A DNA stretch of 64,000 nucleotides from Promethearchaeota archaeon (GTDB lineage Archaea > Asgardarchaeota > Lokiarchaeia > Sigyniarchaeales > SOKP01). The stretch is taken from contig JBHLNF010000012.1 in the NCBI GenBank assembly GCA_048937405.1, positions 1-64,000 of the forward strand, given 5' to 3'. Position 1 is the stretch's first letter, and the number at the start of each line of letters is the position of its first letter. Made by a program: the position numbers and the translations under genes. Shown here one piece after another: positions 9,252 through 19,771 of the stretch. Under the pieces are notes generated by a model, which was given only the letters and a program-made list of their open reading frames with translations, was not told the origin of the DNA and ran no database searches.

Positions 9252-10442
9252 TTATCTTCTCATCTTTAGGAAATCACCAGATTTCATTAGATTACATGGT
9301 TTAAGGTACTCTTTTCCAGTCTTTTCTGCTATATCATCAAGCAATTTAGACCAATTATCATAATTATGTTTCCCAGCACTAAATGGTCCAGGCATACTAG
9401 TTCCTTTTAACATAATATCATCAATAATTTTATAACCGGAAATAATCCCTTCCTCTAAAAGTCTACAACCTTCATTTAATTGGATTGCTAAAATAATTTC
9501 TGGATTAAATAAACCTGCCTTTTTTCTTAAATTTATATTTGGTCTTCCTTTCGTCCAATCATAGAAGCCTTTTCCCGTCTTTCTTCCTAGGGTTCCTTCT
9601 AATACAAATTTAGAAAGTACTTTACCTGGAGCAAAATCAGGGGATATATATTTTTCATAACTCTTCATACTATTATAACTAACATCTATTCCAAGATAGT
9701 CTGTTAATTGACATGGACCCATTTGGACTAACTTTTCTGTTCTTGCGTCAGCATCAATTTGTTCCCATGGAATATTCCTTTCATGTGCTAGGTCAAAAAT
9801 CCAGTTTGAATATATAAGAGAAGGAATTAAAAGTCTATTTGCAATAAATCCTGGGCTTTCCTTTTGAATTCGTACTGAAAGCCTTTTTCCTTTAACACAA
9901 GGTAAATTTTCACCCAAAATTACACACATATCTAACACTTCATCAGATGTTTTTTTACCTTTCATCACTTCAACACAGCATTGATAAGGAACTGGAGCAA
10001 AAAAATGCATTCCAATAACTTGTTCTGGTCTTTTTGACCCTTCTGCAATATCAGTAATTCTAAATGTTGAGGTATTTGAGGCAAATATAGAATGATCGGG
10101 TGAATTTTGCATTACTTTATGGCATACTCTTTTTTTAACTTCAATTTTTTCCGTAACAGCTTCGAATATGAAATCAGCATCCTGAACTGCAGAAACTAAA
10201 TCTATTGATTTTATACATTTTCTTAAAAGATCATCAATAGAGATAATATCTCCCAAATTTCCTTTAGCTTCCATCTTTAGTAGGCTTTGCTCAATTTTTT
10301 TCACTCCATTTTCTAAATTTTCTTCATTTAGATCTATTAATGTTACTGTATAGCCTGCCATTAGTGATACTTGAGCAATTCCTTGACCCATTACACCTGC
10401 ACCCACTATACATATATTATTAAGCTTATCAAAATTATACAT
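9252..10442 (-). CDS. 3-hydroxyacyl-CoA dehydrogenase
   Basis: GAGVMGQGIA, EAVTE, ASNTST, GMHFF, PGFIANR, GRKTGKGFY. Confidence 0.92.
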   Translation of the reverse strand: MYNFDKLNNICIVGAGVMGQGIAQVSLMAGYTVTLIDLNEENLENGVKKIEQSLLKMEAKGNLGDIISIDDLLRKCIKSIDLVSAVQDADFIFEAVTEKIEVKKRVCHKVMQNSPDHSIFASNTSTFRITDIAEGSKRPEQVIGMHFFAPVPYQCCVEVMKGKKTSDEVLDMCVILGENLPCVKGKRLSVRIQKESPGFIANRLLIPSLIYSNWIFDLAHERNIPWEQIDADARTEKLVQMGPCQLTDYLGIDVSYNSMKSYEKYISPDFAPGKVLSKFVLEGTLGRKTGKGFYDWTKGRPNINLRKKAGLFNPEIILAIQLNEGCRLLEEGIISGYKIIDDIMLKGTSMPGPFSAGKHNYDNWSKLLDDIAEKTGKEYLKPCNLMKSGDFLKMRR

Positions 10443-10688
10443 TTTCCATTACCACCAAGAGTCTTTTTCATCAATTCTTTTAATTATTAAACAATAAATT
10501 AACATTTGGAATTTTTTATTTATTCATTTCTATATTATTATATAGATATCTACCTAAATGGGATTAGTACCTGTATAACCAGCATAAATGTCATTAAAAA
10601 ATATACTATTTTTAGATTTTCCATACACTTCACTTGAATTTGAAAATATTAAAAAAATAAAAAAAGAAATTATTAAAAGAGTTTAATT

Positions 10689-11366
10689 TTAGATTTTTAG
10701 TGGTTTGCCACCTTTTTCTAAGATTTCCACTTTAATGTTAGGATCCTTTTTCTCGAGCAATTCCTTGAATTCAGTCAGATTTTTGCCCCAATTTTGCCTT
10801 TATACATTATTTATGTATAAATTATGCATTGGGACTGCGATCTTTGGTTTCACATCAACAGTTGCATCCGTAGATTCATCAAAATCCATTGTATATGTTC
10901 CTCCGCATGGCATCAATGCTACTGTTATGTTACGACTTGCTAGATCTTTCATTTCAGGAATTCTTTCAGTATCTCCCGCATGATATACACTTTTATCCTC
11001 AGCACTTACTATTATCCCTGCCCAATTATTATTCTTTGGATGAGTTGGTTTTTTAATAGTATATGCTGGAACTAATTTAATAGAAAGATCTTTATAATCA
11101 AAAGAATCGTTTAACTTCAATGGTGTTCCATTAAATTCCTGCAAATTACTAGTGGCACTTTCAGGGCCAATAACAACTGTGTCATCTTTCATCAGTTTTT
11201 GTATACTACTTGAATCAAAATGATCCCCATGAGTGTGTGTTGAGACAATTATATCTGCTTTCTCTTCTCCTTCTTTAAGCTGGTAGGGATCAAGATATAT
11301 AGTTCTTCCACTAGGTGTTTTTATTTTAAATGCAGCATGACCAAGCCAATAAATATCCATTGTCAT
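10689..11366 (-). CDS. MBL-fold metallo-hydrolase (UPF0173/UlaG-like); two exons 11366-10823 and 10792-10689, 215 aa if spliced
   Basis: WLGHAAF, LDPY, THTHGDH, HAGDT, PCGGTYTMD, PMH. The ORF-track call stops at 10800, but the same frame resumes after a 30-nt insert as WGKNLTEFKELLEKKDPNIKVEILEKGGKPLKI*. Confidence 0.85.
10793..10822 (-). other. Candidate 30-nt BHB-type intron in the MBL-fold gene
   Basis: mRNA reads GUCCCAA|UGCA|UA^A|UUUAUACAU-AAAUA-AUGUAUAAA|GGCA|AA^A|UUGGGGC: 7-bp exon stem, 4-nt central helix (3 pairs plus A.G), two 3-nt bulges, 9-bp intron stem. It contains an in-frame UAA. Confidence 0.75.
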
Positions 11367-11505
11367 TTTTTTATTTCACCATATTAAATTATTTCAAAAA
11401 ATGATTTATATTATATTATTATCATCAGATATCTTATATTTATATCTCAAAATTAATAAATTAAGGTTAAAAATGAAAAGAAACTACCATATATTTTTTT
11501 AATTA

Positions 11506-11877
11506 TTAAGTTTCTTCTTCAAACTTCCATTCTGGATTTTCGAGAGAGATTCTTTTTAAGATCTTATAATTATCTTCCTTGATTAAATTAAGTTCTTTGA
11601 CCCTTTCGTAGAATAACTTATTTTTAAAGTCCGGGATTTCATTAATAAAATGAGGTTTTGATCTAAAAATGGGAAAATGCTGACCAGTTTTTTTTGGTGT
11701 TATATTACTAATAAACTTGTCCTCAAGATTCCTATTATTCTCAAAGAGAGGATGCTTAATTTTTAGAAAATTTTTACTTTTTGGATTTATATCTTTTAAT
11801 GGTATTGTAGATTTCAAAATTCGACAAATAGGACAATTTATTTCATCTAAACCGTGAATACACGTCATTTTTCCCAT
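11506..11877 (-). CDS. Hypothetical protein with N-terminal CxH...CxxC (Zn-binding) motif
   Basis: CIHGLDEINCPIC. Confidence 0.6.
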   Translation of the reverse strand: MGKMTCIHGLDEINCPICRILKSTIPLKDINPKSKNFLKIKHPLFENNRNLEDKFISNITPKKTGQHFPIFRSKPHFINEIPDFKNKLFYERVKELNLIKEDNYKILKRISLENPEWKFEEET

Positions 11878-12007
11878 ACTTTTTGTTTTTTCAAATTCTA
11901 AGTATTTCGAATCATTTTTATCATTTAATTTTTGCTATTATATTTTACATAATTTAAAAAATCAGAGTTCTCTAGAGAATTTAATAAATTTAGGTTAAAT
12001 TGAGTAT

Positions 12008-12769
12008 ATGTTATTAAAAGGTGTTTTTTTCGATTTTTATGGGACATTATTAGTGCCCAAAAATAGCAAGAAAGCATGGAAGAACTGGTTTAATACTTTT
12101 TATAAATTTTTGAAAACTCATGGATTAGATTTGACTGAAAAGGAATTTGCATATACATGTAAAGAATTTTTTCATAGACCAGAACCAACAAAAAATGAAG
12201 AAGATTTAACTGTTTATGAAAATAGGATAAATACATTGGCAATCGATTTAAATATAAAACTAGAAAAATCTGAAATTAAAGAAATTGCTGATGCCACTGT
12301 TAATGCGTGGCATAAACATGTGATAATTGACCCAGAAACAATACCCATATTAGATGATTTGAAAAATAAAAAAACCTTAGCCTTGGTTACTAATTTTGAT
12401 CATCATCCATCAATCTACACAGTATTATCTAAATATCAAATTACCAAATATTTCAAATTTATTGCAATTTCAGGAGAACTTGGAGTTAAAAAACCTAATC
12501 CAAAGATTTTTCACATTACACTTAAAAAAGTTGGATTAATACCTGAGGAGGTTATATTTATAGGCGATAGTAGTGAAGATATTGAAGGTGCTACAAATGC
12601 AGGTATTAAACCAATCTTAATTCAACGTCAAAAAATAAAAAGAATTTTAACTGGTAATGATTATTTTTCAAAAAAAGTAGGTAAAAACCCTAAAAAAGAA
12701 AATTTAGGAATAACTCCATGGAAGATTATCTCAAATTTAAGAGATTTATATGAAATTGTTAATTTATAA
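12008..12769 (+). CDS. HAD-superfamily hydrolase
   Basis: FFDFYGTL, VTNFD, KKPNPKIF, IGDSSEDIEGA. Confidence 0.9.
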   Translation: MLLKGVFFDFYGTLLVPKNSKKAWKNWFNTFYKFLKTHGLDLTEKEFAYTCKEFFHRPEPTKNEEDLTVYENRINTLAIDLNIKLEKSEIKEIADATVNAWHKHVIIDPETIPILDDLKNKKTLALVTNFDHHPSIYTVLSKYQITKYFKFIAISGELGVKKPNPKIFHITLKKVGLIPEEVIFIGDSSEDIEGATNAGIKPILIQRQKIKRILTGNDYFSKKVGKNPKKENLGITPWKIISNLRDLYEIVNL

Positions 12770-12924
12770 ATAAATTTCGTAAAAATTCTTACTGAAATCT
12801 CTAGTAGATAAAGTATAAACTTAATTTTTATAAAATTTTTAAATCTAAAGAAATTAATTTTAATATTTAAAATTATTAATAAAAATTTGAAATCTCTATT
12901 AAAACAACTTAAAAAGTGAAAAGA

Positions 12925-14691
12925 ATGACAGAATGGCAAGTAAATGAAGAAAAAGCATGGTTTAAAAAATGGTGGCCAGAAGAAACTCCAAAAAATACCA
13001 CGTTTGAGAAGATTTCTTTGGGAGATTTTTTTGAAATTCAACGAAAAAAATACGCTAATGAAAGAATGATGTGGTTTATTGAATCTTGGATGACTTACGA
13101 GCAAGCTGGGTTAGCTATAGATTCTTTAGCAACATCTCTCCACAATTTAGGTGTGAAAAAAGGAGATGTTGTTGCATTTTTAATGCCAAATTGCTTTCAA
13201 TATGTAATTTGTTTTTATGCAACAATAAAATTAGGAGCCATTGGAACTGGTATTAATCCTACTTACAAACCTTTAGAAGTATTGCATCAACTTAAAATGA
13301 CGAATTCAAAGGTTTTAATTACCTTAGATGCATTATATGGAGAATTAGCACGTCCGATCATCAATAGAACTAATATTGAAATGGTCATTTACACAAATAT
13401 AGCTGATTTAGCTACAGGGTTATCAGGAATAAAAAAAACATTAGGAAAAATGTTAGGGAAAATTCCTAAGGGAAAGGTTGATTTTCCTAGTGCAATAAAT
13501 TTAATGGATCTCCTAGAATCTGAACCTGATCTTCCCAAAGTAGAATTTGATCCAACTGAACATACCGCTACATATATTATGACAGGAGGTACTACGGGAG
13601 TTCCTAAAGCGACAGTATTAACTCACTTTAATCTTGTTTCTAACGCAAAACAATGTGTTTTATGGGTTGGAGGAGAAGACCCTGGTGTAGGGGATATTGG
13701 AGTGATTCCATTATATCATTCATTTGCAATGACAACAGTTATGAATGTTTCTATAGGTTTAGGGGGATGGATGATGCTCTTTCCGCGACCACCGCCAACT
13801 GATGAATTTTTAAAAGAAATTACTCATATTGAAGCTCCAAAAGGTCTATTTTATGCAGGTGCTGAAATATTATTCAAGAGAATAGCGGATTTTCCAAATT
13901 TAGAGAAATTTCCTAATTTAATGGGGAAGTTAAGACTCTGTATTTCAGGTGCTGGCCCTTTACATGCTCCTGTACAGAAATCATTTCAAGAAAATACTCA
14001 AGGAAGAATTGTAGAAGGATACGGGCTCTCAGAAACTAGTCCAGTAGTAAGTGCTGGAAACTTATTTGGTGAAAGTCCAGTAGGTACTATAGGGATGCCA
14101 ATGACTGGTACTGACTGGGGTATTTTTGATGTAGAAGAATTTGAGAAGGGACCTATAGCAGATGGTCTACCAAGATCAAAATATGGAGAAGAACATACTG
14201 GAGAAATTTGCGTTTGTGGTCCACAAGTTATGAAAGAATATTTAGACCAACCAGAAGAAACAGCAGATACAATAAAAGAATGGGATAGTCGATTGTGGCT
14301 TTTAACTGGAGATATTGGTTTTATGAATGATGATGGAACTATAGCTATAAGAGACAGAAAGAAACAATTAATTAAAGTCGCAGGGCATTCAGTATTTCCA
14401 GCTGAAGTAGAGACAATGCTTATGAGTCATGAAGCTGTATCAGAAGCAGCGGTTGCTGGATTGCCAGATCCTCAGGGTAAAGTTGGTGAAATCACAAAAG
14501 CATGGGTCACTTTAAAACCTGAGTATATAGGCAAGATTACCGAAGATGAATTAATTGCTTGGACTGAAAAGAATATGACTAAATGGAAATGCCCAGCTAT
14601 AATTGAATTTATTGATGAAGTTCCTAAAAATATTATGGGAAAAGTCCAGAGACGTGTCCTACAAGAAAATGATCCATTATTCAAGAAGTAA
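12925..14691 (+). CDS. Long-chain acyl-CoA synthetase (AMP-forming)
   Basis: MTGGTTGVPK P-loop, EGYGLSET, TGDIG, RDRKK, PKNIMGK. The ATG at 12925 is preferred over the GTG at 12916. Confidence 0.92.
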   Translation: MTEWQVNEEKAWFKKWWPEETPKNTTFEKISLGDFFEIQRKKYANERMMWFIESWMTYEQAGLAIDSLATSLHNLGVKKGDVVAFLMPNCFQYVICFYATIKLGAIGTGINPTYKPLEVLHQLKMTNSKVLITLDALYGELARPIINRTNIEMVIYTNIADLATGLSGIKKTLGKMLGKIPKGKVDFPSAINLMDLLESEPDLPKVEFDPTEHTATYIMTGGTTGVPKATVLTHFNLVSNAKQCVLWVGGEDPGVGDIGVIPLYHSFAMTTVMNVSIGLGGWMMLFPRPPPTDEFLKEITHIEAPKGLFYAGAEILFKRIADFPNLEKFPNLMGKLRLCISGAGPLHAPVQKSFQENTQGRIVEGYGLSETSPVVSAGNLFGESPVGTIGMPMTGTDWGIFDVEEFEKGPIADGLPRSKYGEEHTGEICVCGPQVMKEYLDQPEETADTIKEWDSRLWLLTGDIGFMNDDGTIAIRDRKKQLIKVAGHSVFPAEVETMLMSHEAVSEAAVAGLPDPQGKVGEITKAWVTLKPEYIGKITEDELIAWTEKNMTKWKCPAIIEFIDEVPKNIMGKVQRRVLQENDPLFKK

Positions 14692-14838
14692 ATCTTTATT
14701 TTATCTTTTTTTTAATTAAAACAAATTGTTATAATCCTAATTAACCAACTCAGATAATTTGACAATAAATTTTAATTAGAATGTTAATTCCTTAAAAATG
14801 TTCTAAAAGTATTTTAATATATAAAATTGCTTCCTACA

Positions 14839-15975
14839 ATGACAAAAGGAATAATCATATCAGGTGGCTGGGGAACTCGCTTACGACCTTTAACGTGTAC
14901 CATCCCTAAGGCACTGATACCAGTAGTAAATAAGCCTGTTATAGAACGGCAGATCTTATTATTAAAATCAGCAGGGGTAAAAGAGATTGTATTAGCTGTA
15001 AGTGTAATGGGTGATGTATTAAGAATATACTTTGGAGATGGAAGCAAGCTTGGTGTAAAAATTTACTACACTGATGAAAAAACTCCATTAGGGACCGCAG
15101 GAGCAATTAAATTAGCAGAGGATTATTTAAAAGACGATAATTTTTTCATGTTGAATGGTGATGTTATTTTAAATTTTAATTTTAAAGAAATGATTCACGC
15201 TCACGAAAAATTTAAAGGATTAGGCCTAATAGCAAGTAAAGTTGTTCCTAATCCATCAAGATATGGTGTTTTAATTACTGAAGAACAATCAAATAAAATA
15301 ATAAAATTTCTTGAAAAAACTGAATATATACCTCCAGATGGAAAACATGTCCCCATGCCTATCAATGCAGGTGTTTATATTTTAGAGGCTGAAGTTTTCC
15401 AATATATCAAACCTAATAGAAAAGTTTCAATTGAACATGATGTCTTTCCAAAGCTAGTAAGTGAAGAGAAATTGTTTCATTATTTAATTTCAGGTATTTG
15501 GAAAGATATTGGTAAACCTGAAGAATTACTTGAAGGTAATATTTTATTAATGAAAGATATGTTAAAAAACCTTCAACCAAAAAGGGAGAATTTAATTAGT
15601 GAAAGCTTAGATGTTGAGGGTAAGTTAAACATAAAACCTCCCGTGGCTATTGGAGAGAATGTTGTGATAAGAAAAAACTGTCAAATAGGACCCAATGTGA
15701 TAATTGGCAATAATGTATATATCGGAGCAAATACGACAATTAAAAATACTCTAATTTACGATCAAGTGTACATTTCAGAGAATGTTAACTGTGAAAAAAC
15801 TATTTTAGCAGATAATTGCCTAATTCATAAAGATGTAAATTTAATTGGAAATAATTCTAATTTAGTTATTCTCTCTTCATATGCTCAGGTTTTAGATAAG
15901 GTTAGATTAATTGCTCCTTCTAATAACTCTATTTCTGTGTGTCACCATGAAATAGTTAGACTAGACGTGACCTAA
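14839..15975 (+). CDS. NDP-sugar pyrophosphorylase (mannose-1-P guanylyltransferase-like) with LbH repeats
   Basis: GGWGTRLRPLT, PLGTAGAI, NGDV, NAGVY, WKDIG, plus hexapeptide repeats. Confidence 0.88.
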   Translation: MTKGIIISGGWGTRLRPLTCTIPKALIPVVNKPVIERQILLLKSAGVKEIVLAVSVMGDVLRIYFGDGSKLGVKIYYTDEKTPLGTAGAIKLAEDYLKDDNFFMLNGDVILNFNFKEMIHAHEKFKGLGLIASKVVPNPSRYGVLITEEQSNKIIKFLEKTEYIPPDGKHVPMPINAGVYILEAEVFQYIKPNRKVSIEHDVFPKLVSEEKLFHYLISGIWKDIGKPEELLEGNILLMKDMLKNLQPKRENLISESLDVEGKLNIKPPVAIGENVVIRKNCQIGPNVIIGNNVYIGANTTIKNTLIYDQVYISENVNCEKTILADNCLIHKDVNLIGNNSNLVILSSYAQVLDKVRLIAPSNNSISVCHHEIVRLDVT

Positions 15976-17370
15976 TTAAAGTGGTTCTATCTGTTCTCGG
16001 AGCTTTATAATTTTCCTTTTTAATTTTTTAATTCGGGAATCAGAAATATTATAGATCAGAAAATCTTCGAGTATTTTTAACGCTTTTTGATAATGCTGAA
16101 TGCTGTTGATATAATCACCATTTTTTTCTGCATTTTCTCCTGCTTCTATTATAAAATCTAATTCTATTTGTTTAACTTCTTTATCCAATTTTATCAATAT
16201 TTCTGAAATACCATCTATCTCTGATTTTAAATTGAATTCTTTTGCTAGGAAAAGAGCTTTTTTATATTCTCTCTCTCCTTCTTGATAATTAAGAGCTTTT
16301 TCGGCCACTTTACCTTTTTTAATTGATTCTTTAATAATATCAACTGCAGCACTTAAATCCATTTCTTCTATTTGCTCTTTAAGATCTCCAAAGTCTGATT
16401 TCTTTATAATTATGGAAGAAATGGGTTTATATTTTTCAACTTTTTCATCTTGACTTTCTTGAATCTTTTCTAAATTACTAACAGCTGTTTCTAATTTTGT
16501 GGGAATAAAGATTTTATTCTCAACAAGCTGATAAATCTGATATAAAATAACACGTGCTTCTAAATTGACAATTTTCTTTACTCGATTTAGTAAATTATTG
16601 ATAAAAAAGAAAGACTTTTCAAGAAGCAACTCTTTGGCAAAATTAAATATTGCTTTTTGAATTTGATTTTGATTAATGCCTTCCATAATGTTTGGAGGAA
16701 TTGATTGAGTTAGAATCATGGGGAATACTAATCTAATTTCAAATAAATTAACAATGTAATCAATCATATTTTTATATATAAATAATCCAGCACTCCGAAA
16801 ATTAGATAACTCTTGTTTGAATATCTCTTCAAATTCAGAAATGAAATGGGAAACTTTAGTTCTTATGAATTCAGAAGCCTTATTATCAAGCATTAAACAG
16901 AGTCTTATAGTCTCTCCGTCTTTAAGGAGGATATTAAAGTTTTGATATTGAAATTCATAAAATTTATGATCTTTTGCTGAATAAACAGATTTATTTGATT
17001 CTTTATGAGACTCAGAAAAAGTTATATTTGCTTGGATAAATCCGCTTAATAAATCTGCATTAATCTCTTCTCCTGAAACTGGATAATTCAGTAAAGCTAA
17101 CCCTGATTCTTTATCAATAATTATAATATGTCTTATGTTAAGAACATCTGAAAATTTACGCCAGATTAAATCTTGTTCTACTTTAATACGACGTTCATCA
17201 GAATCAACATTAAATACAGTTAGATTAGAATCTATCACAAAACCTTGCTTTCTTAATGTATTTTTTATACATTCATAACAGTATTTGGGATATTTTGGAC
17301 ATTTTTCTTTAGTTTTTCCACAATTAAATCCCAACTGATCAATCTTAAAATTAACCATAAAGAACTTCAA
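15976..17370 (-). CDS. Lokiarchaeal protein: Cys-rich N-terminus, longin-like domain, C-terminal TPR-like helices
   Basis: 'HIIIIDKESGLALLNY...DLLSGFIQANITF' is longin-like; 'SIQHYQKALKI' is TPR-like. Confidence 0.55.
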   Translation of the reverse strand: MKFFMVNFKIDQLGFNCGKTKEKCPKYPKYCYECIKNTLRKQGFVIDSNLTVFNVDSDERRIKVEQDLIWRKFSDVLNIRHIIIIDKESGLALLNYPVSGEEINADLLSGFIQANITFSESHKESNKSVYSAKDHKFYEFQYQNFNILLKDGETIRLCLMLDNKASEFIRTKVSHFISEFEEIFKQELSNFRSAGLFIYKNMIDYIVNLFEIRLVFPMILTQSIPPNIMEGINQNQIQKAIFNFAKELLLEKSFFFINNLLNRVKKIVNLEARVILYQIYQLVENKIFIPTKLETAVSNLEKIQESQDEKVEKYKPISSIIIKKSDFGDLKEQIEEMDLSAAVDIIKESIKKGKVAEKALNYQEGEREYKKALFLAKEFNLKSEIDGISEILIKLDKEVKQIELDFIIEAGENAEKNGDYINSIQHYQKALKILEDFLIYNISDSRIKKLKRKIIKLREQIEPL

Positions 17371-17676
17371 AAATTAATTAAATTGTATTAAAGAAGAGAT
17401 GAAATCAAATTGTCTCTTTTTTATATTTAAATCTTATCTATATTTGTTTTACATAACTTAACAGACATATAAATCTTTAGCATAACTTTTATTTGTTAGA
17501 ACAGCAAGTATTTTTCTTAAATGAAAAGAAAAAGTTTTTTAGTAGATTAATAAGCGGAATATATTTTTCTCAATCAACTATAGATCTCTAATTTGTGCAA
17601 ATTATTAAACAAAAAAAGAAAAACAAGAAGAAAATTTATCAAAAGATATAATTATTTTTTAATGTGATATTAGTTC

Positions 17677-17955
17677 ATGGAAAATTTAAAAGATAATGGT
17701 TTGAAGATTTTTGAAGCTTTATTTGAACATAAGAAGAAGGTTATAATAGATGACATTGAATATCCAATCAAGAAATTTTCAAGTGGAGTTCGATATGTTG
17801 ACATTTTTGGATATAGATTTATAGAACAAAATCGCAATAAAAAATCAGAATGGGGAAAAAAGGCAAGAGAAGGGCATAAAATCATGTGGATTATCAAAGG
17901 AAGACGTTATATGGTAAGAATAATGGATGGAGAGTATACAGAATTAAAAAAATAG
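17677..17955 (+). CDS. Small hypothetical protein
   Basis: 92 aa with plausible coding composition; IEQNRNKKSEWGKKAREGH motif. Function unknown. Confidence 0.6.
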   Translation: MENLKDNGLKIFEALFEHKKKVIIDDIEYPIKKFSSGVRYVDIFGYRFIEQNRNKKSEWGKKAREGHKIMWIIKGRRYMVRIMDGEYTELKK

Positions 17956-17977
17956 TCTTTAATTTTAAATTAAGGAC
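17955..17977 (+). terminator. Hairpin directly after the stop of 17677-17955
   Basis: GTCTTTAATTT-T-AAATTAAGGAC inverted repeat (one G-U pair). Confidence 0.3.
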
Positions 17978-18087
17978 GTTGTATCTTAAAAAATGGACTC
18001 CAATTAACTAATATATTCATATCACCATATACATACATGGTCTGAAAATAGAATTTTGTGAAAAGGTTTTTCCTTTTCCATTTCCAA

Positions 18088-18116
18088 TTTGAGTATATTT
18101 TAAAAATATACTCAAA
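18088..18116 (-). terminator. Perfect 14-bp inverted repeat just after the CYTH gene stop
   Basis: TTTGAGTATATTTT-A-AAAATATACTCAAA, between convergent genes. Confidence 0.4.
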
Positions 18117-18124
18117 AATTTCTT

Positions 18125-18724
18125 TTATTGTCCATTCAACTTATCCATTATCAGTTCTAAATAAGATTTTCTTATAGATTCTTCCTTTTTAATACCAAAT
18201 AGATTTAAGAACTCGAATAGAATATTTCTAGAGCTTTCAATATTATCAGAAGATTCTAATAAACATTCTACTTCAATAAAAAATTGATTTAAAATGGGTA
18301 TATAGTCTATCAACGCTTCTATATGGTATGATTTAAACTTAAATTCATATCCTTCTCTTTCTTTTTTAACATTGAGAACTTCTTGGAAGCCTAATAATTT
18401 TAACAACTTATAAGTTTTTTCAATATCATCAATTTTAATTTCAATTTCTTCTCGAGTTTTTGTAGACATATCTATTTTTTTTCCTTTGTATGTGAGATAA
18501 TAATTAGTTCTTTTTCCTATTGAATTATTAAATTTATCAAACTCAATAGATTTTCTTAATCTTAAAGCTTCATCAGTTTCTTTAAAATTTCTTAACCCTT
18601 CTGGCATATTAAAGTAAATATCTTCATGAGTCAAGGAAAATTTATAATTTCCCTGATTTTTCTTGAATTTTCTTCTTATTAGAGAAGGATCTAAGATTTG
18701 AACTTTAATTTCTACCTCAATCAT
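18125..18724 (-). CDS. cyaB: CYTH-domain protein (class IV adenylate cyclase-like)
   Basis: EVEIK N-terminus, DIYF, ALRLR, LTYKG, REEIE, VKKER, FIEVE, KSYLEL. Confidence 0.88.
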   Translation of the reverse strand: MIEVEIKVQILDPSLIRRKFKKNQGNYKFSLTHEDIYFNMPEGLRNFKETDEALRLRKSIEFDKFNNSIGKRTNYYLTYKGKKIDMSTKTREEIEIKIDDIEKTYKLLKLLGFQEVLNVKKEREGYEFKFKSYHIEALIDYIPILNQFFIEVECLLESSDNIESSRNILFEFLNLFGIKKEESIRKSYLELIMDKLNGQ

Positions 18725-18805
18725 AAAATATTCTATTTTCTTCTAATAACAAATATAATTTATCAACTTTTATTAAGTATTAACCATTTTTATTTTATTT
18801 GACTA

Positions 18806-19771
18806 ATGTCTAAAAATCAAGAATTAGCACAAAAACTTGCTCAAGAGTATAATTATCTACCATATATGATAGAAAGATATCTTCAGTTCTTAGGAATAGA
18901 CGAAACCATTGACCTACTTAAAGCAAATGAGAAACCTTTAACCCCTTCTATTAGAGTAAATACTCTCAAGATTACTACATCTAACTTAAAAGAACGGTTA
19001 GAGCAGAAGAATTTTGAATTATCACCAATTGAATGGATCTCTTATGGATTTAAAGTTCTAAAACAAAGCTATAATTTAGGGTCTACTCATGAATTTCTCC
19101 AAGGATATTATTACCTTCAAAATATTGCTTCAATGCTACCATCGGTAATTCTTAACCCGAAGAACAATGATGTTGTAATAGATATGTGTGCGGCTCCAGG
19201 GAGTAAAGCAACACATTTAGCACAGTTAATGAAAAATGAAGGGGTACTTTTTTTAATTGAAAAGAATAAGGCAAGAATTCCCGCTTTAGAAATTAATCTA
19301 CGAAGAATGGGCGTTATAAATTCTATTGTCATAAATATGAACGCAATTAACTTATCAAAATTAACTATTAAGGCAAATAAAATTCTACTGGATGCTCCAT
19401 GTACAGGAGAGGGTTTGATAAGAAAAGATCCTAATAGAAAAAAGAGTCGGAAACCAAATGATATTGATAAATTAGCTTCAATTCAAAAAAAACTTCTTAA
19501 AGCAGGATTAAATTCACTAATCTCAGGAGGAGAGCTGCTTTATAGTACTTGCTCAATCGCTCCTGAAGAAAATGAATTAGTAGTTCATGAAGTTTTGAAT
19601 GAAGAAACAAATTTTAAGATTTCTAAAATACCTCACACTTATGGGGTTAGTGGTTTAACAGAAGTGTTTGGTACGAATCTCAGAGAAGATTTAGAATTTT
19701 CTCAGCGTTTATATCCTCATATTCATAATACAATTGGATTTTTCTTATGTTTAATCAGTCGGATCGATTAG
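18806..19771 (+). CDS. RsmB/NOL1/NOP2 family RNA m5C methyltransferase
   Basis: DMCAAPGSK, LLDAPCTGEG, YSTCSIAPEENE, GFF. Confidence 0.93.
   Translation: MSKNQELAQKLAQEYNYLPYMIERYLQFLGIDETIDLLKANEKPLTPSIRVNTLKITTSNLKERLEQKNFELSPIEWISYGFKVLKQSYNLGSTHEFLQGYYYLQNIASMLPSVILNPKNNDVVIDMCAAPGSKATHLAQLMKNEGVLFLIEKNKARIPALEINLRRMGVINSIVINMNAINLSKLTIKANKILLDAPCTGEGLIRKDPNRKKSRKPNDIDKLASIQKKLLKAGLNSLISGGELLYSTCSIAPEENELVVHEVLNEETNFKISKIPHTYGVSGLTEVFGTNLREDLEFSQRLYPHIHNTIGFFLCLISRID

Noticed and set aside
10705-10983. Antisense/shadow ORFs (e.g. 5002-5364, 10705-10983, 12661-13104, 31180-32118, 34514-34837, 48013-48288)
   Set aside because: They overlap well-supported genes on the opposite strand and have no motifs of their own.
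18004-18081. Mini-ORF MEKEKPFHKILFSDHVCIW(TGA)YEYIS resembling a CxxU selenoprotein motif
   Set aside because: It ends five codons after the TGA and no SECIS was recognised; chance or a remnant.
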